From contig JBJCIZ010000307.1 of assembly GCA_051294375.1 (NCBI GenBank), positions 1 to 20,898 on the forward strand: a stretch of 20,898 nt of DNA. The letters run 5' to 3'. A program made the position numbers and the translations under genes. The notes beneath the pieces were generated by a model, which saw only the letters and a program-made list of their open reading frames with translations, was not told where the DNA came from and ran no database searches. How positions within the stretch are numbered: position 1 is the stretch's first letter; each line of letters starts with the position of its first letter. Source of the stretch: Paraspadella gotoi. Its lineage: Eukaryota; Animalia; Chaetognatha. Shown here in pieces: positions 10,414 to 20,387 of the stretch.

Positions 10414-11247
10414 CCCTCGAGCCCTCTCTGAATCGTGATGGAGGACGATTCGACCTCCTCCAGCTATGATTCGTTAATCAGAATGGAGGTGGAACGCCCA
10501 GTGCCACCCCAACCACACGGTGATCCCCTGTCCCCACTCAAAGGGTCAGGCGGAGGCCTCCCAGCAGGCAATGGACGCACGATACCTCTCCCGAGCCTAC
10601 AGCAACTCGGTGTGACTCTTCTCACACTGGGCGTGCGCCCAAAACGACGGCCGCAGGAGGAGGAAGAGGAGTCTGTATCTCCTGCACCAAAGCAGACCAG
10701 AACAGGCATCTACCCGCCTCGTCGTCAGGCGAGAGGAGGGCTTTCGGCAGGCTTACCAGGACAGAGAGATATTAGAGTGGCATTGGGCATCTTTCCAGGC
10801 GGCTCGCTACCAGATCCTGGACAATCTCGTTCCATAACAATATCCTCTCAACCTATGACAAGTCAATGACCCGATCAGATCGTCAACGTCCTGCTTTTGC
10901 CAGGCCGGGGGGGCCAGCTCATTTTGAGCTCTTTCTCTCTCTATTTTCTCTTCCTCTGTAACTTAGCTATCCCTAACCACATATTCTTCCTTTCCACTAT
11001 ATTTCAATCTTAAATAGTTAAATATGTTAGTTTAATCCTTAAATTTGTTATTTAATCCTTAAATCTGTTATTATTTATTTATTTGTTATACATTACAAAA
11101 TGTAACTATTTTTCTCCCTCTGTCTCTCTCAATATTTCACCATTCATTTTTCAACCACTTTCCTCTTCTTCTCTCCCCTTACCTTCACTCGTCCTCAATC
11201 TGACCACTGTCCTTTTCACTCTTGTTGGAAGCTTTATATTTTTCTCT

Positions 11248-11288
<41 letters not shown>

Positions 11289-11426
11289 CTCAAACTCAAT
11301 GTTAGAGAGAAAAAACCTGTTAATGAAACAAACGCTGATGAAGGCTTAAAGGCAAGAGCCGAAACATGTCCACAATTGTGAATAAAAATCGTTGTTTACA
11401 AACAAACAAACTTTGTTTTCTCTAAA
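10414..11426 (+). repeat. PLE terminal repeat, inverted copy at the truncated 5' end
   Basis: Near-identical reverse complement of 7532-8544, differing mainly by 1-2-nt indels. Confidence 0.97.
11326..11397 (+). ncRNA. Minimal type I hammerhead ribozyme candidate
   Basis: CTGATGA(11335)-A-GGCTT-loop-GAGCC-GAAA(11361)-CATGTC, with palindromic ACATGT as stem III and a GTC cleavage triplet. Stem I pairing is weak. Confidence 0.75.
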
Positions 11427-11437
11427 CACAATAACTA
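11425..11437 (+). repeat. Target-site duplication, right (AACACAATAACTA)
   Basis: Identical to 7486-7498. Its first two bases overlap the end of the inverted repeat. Confidence 0.8.
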
Positions 11438-11656
11438 ATACTAATAATGGATTCGCTTAATGCTGTTCCCATTAAAATTTAAATTTGGTCGGCTACCGCT
11501 ACTATAGCCAATTATTTGTCAGAATGCAAACGAAAACTAGATTAAAATGTTTTTTTCATTTTATAAAAGAATCGAAACAATATATAAATTTTATCTCACT
11601 ACCAATAAAAATACTAATACAAAAAAGAAAAAAAATAAACAAAACGACAAATAAAA

Positions 11657-13253
11657 TCAAGACTGGCCAGACAAACTCGCCGTTTGCATGGCTTGCATCA
11701 CAAAGTCACGCGAATCTGGTTCCGCGGCGTCCTCGTCGTCCCTACCGCCGATAATTTCAACGAACTGGCGAGTCGTCGGAATGGAGACGCTCCCATTGAT
11801 TTGGTTGAAACCAATGCCAACACTTTGTGCTTCGTCTTGCCTGAAAATCTGGACTCCTTCTTGTGCTTTTGGTACCAGATCTTTGACGTTAACATTGCTG
11901 TCACAGTCATTAACGAAGAGCGACAATCCTTCGGCGCTGTCGTTTTTTTTTTGACGAGTGTGAATTTTGTTTATTTGCTGATGTCATCGTGACGCTAATT
12001 ACGGGATCGTAGCTTTTGCCAGGTTGATTGGGTTTATTGTCGGGTGTAGAAATTGTAACGCTGGACAGATTCCACGAGGGGGCGATTTCGGGTGGAGGGC
12101 TAAAGTTTAAAATTCTGACCTCTGGTTCTTTTTCTTGTTGCCTGAGGTGGTTTGAATTTGGATCATGGTATGCGGGACGACGGTGGTTTGACGGGGGCGT
12201 AAACAACTCGTCGCACAATTTTTTTAATGTGTGGGGTGGGAGCATTGCATCGAGAGGTGGGGTGGGGGTTTTAGTTGGGATAATGTTTTCTTTGTCAATT
12301 TCTAAACTTCTTGAATTTATTTTTGTGGGAGTTGGCGTCTTTGAGAAAAAATAATTACTCTCTTCCACCATTTCTGGCGTCGACAATGCGATGAGGTTTG
12401 CCAATGGCGACTCATTGTAGTGGGGCATTACACAAGACTCTGATTCGTCGGCGGTTGCAGGTGGGTAAGTTTCTCGCTCATTTCTTGCTGCCTCGGGTGA
12501 CATCGATGGTAAATCACCAAGATTGGACTAAATCAAACAGGATCTTGATATTTTAAATTGCAAATCTCAGGACTCTGGTCGTCTGCATCCAACAGGGTCT
12601 TTAACCCAAACAGAAAGTCACAATTTCTCACATAATTACCGTGAATGTCACAACAACGGTTATGTTCTTCTATCCTATGGTTAACTTTTTTTCGTGTGTT
12701 ATCATAGGACGCATTTTTATTGTCAGAAAAATTGATTTTCAGTGTAGAGTTTGCAAAATCGATGTAATGACTCTCTTGTTTATTCACCTTTTTTTCATTG
12801 TAAATTTCCTCGAACTTTCTTTTTATTGTAAAACGCTTCTTCGTCTTTTTGTTCAAAATGTTTATATCGTCGTTCGTGTGACGACTTTGATGTCGCCTCT
12901 ACCGAGATTTGATCCTCTATCTTTTTTATTTTGTCTAGAAGTTCCTCCTTCTCTTTCTCTGCCTTAGCCAGTTTTAAATCACACTCTGAAATCAGCCGAG
13001 AAGCCTCAAGTACTTCCAGTGAAGTTTCCTTTGTTAATGATTCGTATTGAGTTTTAATTGCCGCCATCTCCTTTTTTGTTTGTAGAATTTTATCTGGCTG
13101 AGTATTTAAAAAATCTACATCACTATCGGTTTTCCATTTTATGACGTGATCAGCGTTGGTGGTTAATTTTTCAAGAAGATTTGCATTTTCCGTTTGAAAC
13201 TTAGTGACGGCATTGTAGAAAAAGTTGGCCATTTGTGTATTTTCGTCCGCCAT
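11657..13253 (-). CDS. Unassigned protein gene broken into four ORFs (coiled-coil N-terminus, Pro/Ser/Thr-rich C-terminal half)
   Basis: Consecutive minus ORFs 12795..13343, 12533..12856, 11910..12503 and 11657..11926 have protein-like composition. The ATG follows a pyrimidine-CAG acceptor, and one break coincides with an A10 run at ~11943-11952. Confidence 0.5.
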
Positions 13254-13715
13254 CTGCAGTAGCAAACAAACAGAAATTATAATTATTGTTACTGTTGTTA
13301 AAAAAAAATAAAAATAAATAAAAAACAAATAGAAAATAATCATCCCTTATTTTTATTAATCGTACAATTTTTGTGCTGACTGCTGACTGGAAAGGCAAAA
13401 AAAATTTGCACTTGGCAATTGCCTCACATTCCTCACTTTTGACCAGAACTAGAGGTAGAGGGGGAGAATAGCAATTGGGGGCCCAGGTTAGAAGTTGAAA
13501 TGGGTGAGAGACGCGGTCAGAGGGAAGACAGAGCCGCGACAGATGGACCGAGACGGTCAGACCGTCAGACAGATAGAGTTGAGATGCTATTGATAAAGAA
13601 AAAGTTGAGAGGGAGAAAGAGAGACAGAGAGAGAGAGTGAGAGTGAGATAGCGTGAGAGAGAGAGAGGGAGAGAGAGAAATGGAGAGAGAGAGAGGGGTG
13701 ATAGGTAAAGGGATT

Positions 13716-14038
13716 TGATCGTTTTAACGTGGTTATATTCGACGAGGGGAAGTTTCGCCAGGTCTAGGATTGGATTGACCCCGGAGCGAGTCACGTGACA
13801 ACCCAATGGAATTCGAATATAGAAAGAGAGGGAAAGAAAGAGATAGAGAAAGAAAGAGAGTGAGAGTGAGTGAGAGATGGGGAGAGAGATGGGGACAGAG
13901 AGAGCGAGTGAGTGAGAGAGAGAGGTAGAAGTGATCGCTTTAACGCGGCTATATTCGACGAGAAGGGGTTTCAATAGGACGCGGATGATTAAACTGACCG
14001 CGGAGTGAGTCACGTGAGAAGTTGTTAGTGGAAATCGA
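13716..14038. repeat. Two diverged ~100-bp direct repeats (period 216) separated by GA-rich sequence
   Basis: TGATCG.TTTAACG.GG.TATATTCGACGAG ... GAGTCACGTGA ... TGGAA.TCGA occurs at 13716 and 13932. Confidence 0.8.
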
Positions 14039-14856
14039 GCGTGAGCCGCCAAAAGAGAATATCTCAAACATGTGAAATTTGAAGCCAGACTTTTTCTTTC
14101 TCTCTCTCCTCTCTCCTCTATCACTTTGATAAAAAAAAATGGAGGAGATATTACGCGGGCCATATCCTCGCAGTTTAAACTGTTAAACTTCGCGCAGTTT
14201 CGGGGAAGAGAACTATAAGTTCACCGCAACTACGCCCTGCGGCGGTCTTCGCCGGGGATTTCATTCCCGGCAAATCCCCGCCCCAATTCTTGACGGGGAC
14301 GAAAAAATGGCCCACTCTCTCTCTCTCCCTCTCTCTCTATCTATCTCTCTATCTCTCTCTCTCAAACGTTCTTTGTTTTTTTGGGCTTCAAGGTATCTCA
14401 ATAGCGATAACAATGAGGGTCATAGATTTAAATTTTTCTTTGCTTTCTTTTAATATATTTTTAAATACTACAGAAATATTAATGACAGAAAAAGTAAGAA
14501 AAAAAAGAAAGAAAGAAAAAATATAGGAAAAAAAGAAAAAAAAAAGAAAAGAAGAAAAAGATAATTAAAAAGAAAGAAAGAAAGACAATATAGTATATTG
14601 TATGTGTAGAAAAGTGTGTTATTGAGCTGGATATACAGCTTCGATGGAATAGAGTGCTAATGAAGACTTGAATTAAAATCAAAACAACAACAACAACAAA
14701 TGTCTCAAAATAAATCGTTGTTTGCTATAATTCAAACTTTTTCTCAATTCAAAACACAAAGATGCTAAGTAACATTATTTTTTTGTATTTTTTTATATTG
14801 GTTGTACCAATTTCATTCAAAATATTATAATTCATTTGGATCAAAAAAAGAGAGAC

Positions 14857-14892
<36 letters not shown>

Positions 14893-15081
14893 AAATAGAA
14901 AAATAAAAAGAGAGAGGTAGACTGAGAGAGAGAGAGAATATAAAATAGAGGGTTTAGGAATGAATCTAAATGCAAATAAATTATTTATTTTTAAATTAGG
15001 ATTGTTAAGGTTTCGTATGTTTTTAGTTAAAATATTTTTATAACAAGGACTGCCCATGATGATGATTCACGGCGGGGACAG

Positions 15082-15191
15082 GGCTTCAAACGTCAATCCC
15101 CATCAAAAATAGCGGCGGGGATTCCCTGCCGTGGATAAGGCAGAAGGCTTCAAACAGTAATCCCCGTGAAAAATAGTGGTAGGGATTCCCC
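15082..15191. repeat. Two-copy direct repeat, period 64
   Basis: GGCTTCAAAC..AATCCCC..AAAAATAG.GG..GGGATTCCC occurs at 15082 and 15146. Confidence 0.75.
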
Positions 15192-15336
15192 AAAACAGAG
15201 GGAAAAAAGACAGTTTTCGTGAACAGAAAGAGGGCGCAGTTGAAACTGTCCCCTTATAGCCAGTTCAAACTGCGCCTTATTGGACGGCGTCATACTTGAA
15301 ACGGAGGAACAAAAAAAATTTCCTCTCTCAAAGGCT

Positions 15337-15810
15337 CTTTTATAGCGATGCTAAACTTTTCTGAGAATTACCAAATTCTCAGATTTACTGGTTGGATAAC
15401 CTGTTTGCGCCCAGCCCATCCGATTGGTTTTAAAAATTTTCAATCCTCGTGATACGCCAGCGCAGAGTCACCGATCGTAGTGGGGGGGTGGTATTGAATT
15501 GCTTATTGGTCATTAAAATTATCCAGGATTTTGATTGGTCGTGTGAATGATGATGACGATCGAGTCTCACAGAGTGGGCCCCTTGGAAGCTGATTGGTTC
15601 TAAAAATTCTCCCCATTTGCCATTCGTTGGCGCAGATATGACGATGACGATCGAGTCTCATGGAGTTGGCCCCTTAGAAGCTGATTGATTCTAAAAATTC
15701 TCCCCGTTTGCCATTCGTTGGCGCAGATATGACGATGATCGAGTCGAGGGGTAGGGGGTTTGGTCATCGAAAGCTAATTGGCTCTCATAATTTTCTTCTT
15801 TTATTATTGG
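15337..15810 (-). promoter_or_regulatory. Pol II promoter-like block: TATAAAAG plus six same-strand CCAAT boxes
   Basis: CTTTTATA is at 15337-15344. ATTGG occurs at 15423, 15505, 15534, 15593, 15777 and 15806. Confidence 0.5.
15547..15745. repeat. ~91-bp tandem repeat, ~2.2 copies
   Basis: GATCGAGTC occurs at 15558, 15649 and 15737 with near-identical intervening sequence. Confidence 0.9.
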
Positions 15811-16985
15811 TCGGCGAAAAAGACGACGGTGACGACGACAACGTGGCCCGGAAAAGTTTTGGAGAGTGATCAGCTCCGCATTCACAAATTTCCCAGCCAC
15901 ATTCAACGCGCAAATCTCTCTCTCATACCAGAAAAAGTCAAAAGTAAGTAACCACAATGACACGCGCCTTCGATCTCGGTTGATTATTTTTTTTATAATT
16001 TTTTCTACTTTATTGATTAGGTTCCTGTTAATATATCGTCGTCCACTTCAACTTCACAGTCAGCTTCAACAACTTCATCCACTCCAACTTCACCCTCTAA
16101 CTGGAGGGCTCTGGGCCTATCTGTATCTCAAGTCTAGTAGAAACCGAAATGAATGGGAGGAGAATAAATGTATTTCACAACTGAGGTCTAAACTCTATCC
16201 GAAAAATATAAAAGGCCCAAAAAAAAGGGAGAGAGAAAGAGGCTGAGAGAGAGGAAAAGATGGACTGAACCTAAAACTTGAACGCGACCCCGAATCCCCG
16301 TGAGGAGGATGAGGAGGGAGGAAAAGAGAGAGAAGAGGAGCTATAGACCCGCATAGTCTATCGGCCTTCGATTCTGGGCTCCTCGTTTGCATCAAGATGG
16401 CGTCTCGGGCCTTGAATGGCGTGAGACGTCANNNNNNNNNNNNNNNNNNNNNNNNNNNNNNNNNNNNNNNNNNNNNNNNNNNNNNNNNNNNNNNNNNNNN
16501 NNNNNNNNNNNNNNNNNNNNNNNNNNNNNNNNNNNNNNNNNNNNNNNNNNNNNNNNNNNNNNNNNNNNNNNNNNNNNNNNNNNNNNNNNNNNNNNNNNNN
16601 NNNNNNNNNNNNNNNNNNNNGGAGAGGGAGGGGGGAACAATGGTAGGTTGAAAAAAAAAAATATATGCATATAACAGTAACGCTAACAATTGTAGTAATG
16701 GAAGCAAGATAACAAATTTTCATTGCAGGTGGCGATGATGTGATAGGTTGATTAGAGTTTATTGTTTGTTTATATTGATGATGTTGCAGAGATGACAAAA
16801 TTGTATAAGCAGTACAAAGCTAACAGACAAAAGGACATATAAGACAAAGGACAAAAAGACAAAGAGCTACTTGGCGATGATATTGTCATGCAATTAGTTG
16901 AGTTGAGTTGTTACTTTTTTTTTGCTTTTATTTATTTTTTTTTGCGAGCCGCTTTAGCGTCCTAATTTTCTTCTAGCTATGAAAC

Positions 16986-17340
16986 TTTGGCGGCACCGTG
17001 AGTGGGCGTCGCCGGAAGTTTGGCATCAGGATTGGCTTTACCAGAAGCTGTGGGATTGGCGCCACCGGATATATGGCGTCGCCGGAAGTTCGTGGCGTCG
17101 CCGGTCAGAAGAGGTGGCGGCGCGGGAAGTCGGAAATTGGCGCCACCGGAAATGGGCGTCGCCGGAAGTCGGGGATTGGCGCCACTAGGAATGGGCGTCG
17201 CTGGTCAGAAGAGGTGGCGGCGCGGAAAGTCGGGAAATGGCGCCACTGGGAGTTTGGGATTGGCGTCACCGGGAGTGGGCGTTGCCGGAAATTGGCGTCA
17301 CCGGAAGTGGGGGTCGGCGTTCAGAAGAGGTGGCGGCGTG
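16986..17340. repeat. GC-rich minisatellite with higher-order structure
   Basis: ~16-20-nt monomers TGGCG(T/C)C(G/A)CCGGAAGT. The marker TCAGAAGAGGTGGCGGCG occurs at 17105, 17205 and 17321. Confidence 0.85.
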
Positions 17341-19617
17341 AGAAAGAGAGGAAATAGTCAACTAGTATTTCGAAAATACTGAAGACTAGCACAAGGCATT
17401 TAATTGGCAATATGCCGCGGTTCAGCGCGAGCATCGGGTATTGGGCATTGGGCATTTCCACTTTCTGAACAGTATGGCATGCCCCTTTCTCATGGGTCTT
17501 ACCCATGTTTCATGATACCTGATAGGCATGGCTCGGTCGTCAATGACGACGGCGACAAGGCCTCGGTTGGCTTTTGCATCTACTTCATTTAAGGATACAT
17601 AGCCATACTTTGAGAGCAGGGTATAAACCCAATCTCCATGCCATATTGTTGTTTTTTTTATTTTTTTTATTTTCGTGGTCATTGTCAGAAGCTTAGCTGT
17701 AGCTTAAGCTGACGTTTATTTACAAACAGTTAGTTTATTAGTTAGAGCCTTCACATAGTCTTAAATATTTATTCGTCCCTCAGAGAGGACAAATAGGGAC
17801 AGACAGCCGGACCAAACAATCNNNNNNNNNNNNNNNNNNNNNNNNNACCTTTCTATGGGCAGTGATACCAGTTTTACCTCCCTTCCGCTGGCGTCAAAAC
17901 CGCCGGCGAGGGCGGAACCGCCAGGGGGCCTCGAGTGCAGGAGTTAATTTGTGCAGAGAAACAATTTTAAATTGAGGCACGCATATTACATAAAATAGTT
18001 CCGGGCTCGTAATATACAGAAACAACGGCCCAGCTTACATCTAACTAATATAGTCAGATTTACAAATATGCGAGAAGAAAAGTTTTGATTTGGCGGAAAT
18101 TCTTGTAGCAAAAGAAAAGGCGGATAAGTCCCGCAATCTCTTGAAGTTCAAATTATACTTCCTGAACAATATGAAACCGAGCGTCACTGTTATAAGAAAG
18201 GAAAAGGTCGACTGGACATTTTATAGAACGCGTTCTCAGAAGATGGCGGCCGGCGGGCGTCGCGCTTGGTCACAGACGCACCCAATGAGAACGTTGCGCA
18301 CGAGGGCGGAGACCACGCCTCCTTTAGCGCCGGCTGAGAAAAGAAGGATAATAACATAAACAATCAAGGTCGGTTTGAGCGCAGAAGGCCAGTATGGGGT
18401 GCGAAGCTCGGCCTACCGACGAGACTTTGGAGAGTGTGGCGGCGCCGGCCTGGAAACCACTGCCGCCTGCGACCACGGAAGTCGCGCCGGGCGCACTTCT
18501 CTGGTAGGCCCCGATATGTCATATTATTTCTAGCGCGATCGGCAGCGCACAGCGGGCGTTCTTTGCGGCAGTCCAGGCTTGAGGCAACTGCCAGTGCTCG
18601 CGCCTACGAAACCCGCCCCCTGCACGGCGTCCGACGCGAGGTCTGAATCACTCTAACTTTTGCCATCATGCGCAGTTCTTCTCGAGCGAATAACCGCGAT
18701 CAAAAAAATGCATAGCGACTCAACTTATTAACTACGACAAAACGTCAGTATTTTCTTTATAGAAAGCAGGGCGACCGGCGACCACTCTGATGGACTATAT
18801 TCGCCGTCCTGATACTCCATGTTGCGGACCAGAGATTACTGTGTTAACCTCGGCCGTATTTAACGGAAAAAAATTATTTATCCGCCTTTCGTTCTCCTCC
18901 TCGTTGACCAGTTCACTAATTTAACTCAGCCCGCCGAAAAAAAATACGAGAGGAACTGACCCGACTTTCGCCTTTTTTTTCCTTTCCCTTCTCCGTGTCG
19001 GCCCTTCCGAAGCTGAAAAGATTCGGCACCAAGACAATGAGAAATTTAATAAACAGTGGAACAAACGCAGTTTAATCATATACAATGCTCAAACAATAAA
19101 CTAAAATAGAAGCAAAGATATATAAGCAGGGGAAAGATCAAGCACTAACTCGAGACGAAAAAAAAAAAGATCCTTCGATATCTTGCCGTAAAATCTAAAT
19201 CTGTTCCTATGACAACCGATCAAACACGCGCCTGACTTTAAGAAAAACGCCTTTTCAAAACTCGTTGCCTAGAGACGCGTAAACATTTAAATAGAAATAT
19301 ACATTTAAACAACGAAAACAATCAAATTAGCTTGGTGTTGGGATTCTGTGGACCACGCGACGCGCGGCGCCATCTTCTGGTTCTATTAAATATTCATCGC
19401 CTTTTTTTTTATAACAGACGCTCGTTCATATTTTGGGTATAATTTGANNNNNNNNNNNNNNNNNNNNNNNNNNNNNNNNNNNNNNNNNNNNNNNNNNNNN
19501 NNNNNNNNNNNNNNNNNNNNNNNNNNNNNNNNNNNNNNNNNNNNNNNNNNNNNNNNNNNNNNNNNNNNNNNNNNNNNNNNNNNNNNNNNNNNNNNNNNNN
19601 NNNNNNNNNNNNNNNNN

Positions 19618-20387
19618 CAAAATTTCGCCAAATCAAAACTTTTTCTCCTATTTCATAATCGACTATATTAGTTAGAATTAAGCTGGGCGTTGTTTCTATA
19701 TTACGAGCCCAGCATATTTTATGTAATAGGGCCTCAATTCTAAAATTTTTCTCTGCCAAATAACTCTCACTCGAGCCCTCTGGCGGTTCCGCCTCGGCGG
19801 TTTGAGAGCAAGGTAAAACTGGATCACGCCCATAGAAAAGTTGGTGGGGTGAAACCAGCAAATCGTTTTCGATTTTTATGGGTGCCATGTTTACCGCCCT
19901 TACCACCGATCGCCATGTTTTAGTCCAAGGCTGTCCCGATGGTTGTAAACGCCGAAACAGGGTAATTAAGGTAGCATTAACTTTTTCAGACAAATTCGAA
20001 TTTTTCTGTGATGGTCTGAAGAAGTTACAAGTAAAACGAAATTCTTTTTGGAGCGTTTCCATTATGGTATTTTGATATTCTCTACCTAGATCTGATTCTA
20101 TGGTTCTAGGTGTTAGAGAATAACTATTTAATATGTCCATCATGGCCGTTGTTACTGTCTCCGCCGTTTTGTTACGCAATGCCGCCGCAAAAACATAGCG
20201 GGAACAAATGTCAACCACTATGAGAAGGAATCTTTTCCCTTCGATCTCTTCCAATTGTAATAAGTCAGTATGTAATGTACTCCCAATGGATGAGTCAAAA
20301 ATTGGGACTTTTCTCCCTTTTGTTAGTTTTGCTTTTTGTGCCAAGGCGCAATTCTGACATTTGTGAAAAACTCTTTCACAAGTCGAT
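19618..20387 (-). CDS. Retroviral-type (rve) DDE integrase fragment, flanked by assembly gaps
   Basis: The upstream in-frame sequence has CQNC. Core motifs are LHTD, LIVVDICSRY, IESDLGREY, NSNLSE, SPHQLFYGRDP and YEIGEKVL. There are no stops between the gaps. Confidence 0.88.

Larger units (their letters stand above)
7499..11426 (-). mobile_element. Penelope-like element (endonuclease-containing, Penelope/Poseidon-like), 5'-truncated with inverted pseudo-LTR
   Basis: It has RT + GIY-YIG fragments, ~1-kb inverted repeats, a 3' tail, hammerhead cores and a flanking 13-bp direct repeat. Confidence 0.95.

Noticed and set aside
10435-10869. Independent plus-strand gene
   Set aside because: It is the inverted copy of the PLE C-terminal region.
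7532-11426. DNA transposon TIRs or DIRS ITRs
   Set aside because: The arms contain the PLE 3' end. There is no transposase or tyrosine recombinase, and the RT is PLE-type.
13201-14163. 320-aa minus-strand ORF
   Set aside because: Leu/Ser-rich translation of (TC)n tracts; open by low complexity.
16358-16798. ORFs spanning N runs (also 19386-19671 and 20323-20814)
   Set aside because: Artefacts of translating gaps.
15547-17340. CRISPR array
   Set aside because: The repeats are contiguous without unique spacers, there are no cas genes, and the context is eukaryotic.
16979-17382. Plus-strand ORFs over the minisatellite
   Set aside because: Open in all three frames because the GC-rich repeat lacks stops.
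17422-17682. 86-aa minus ORF
   Set aside because: Short, with no recognisable motif; cannot be supported without a search.
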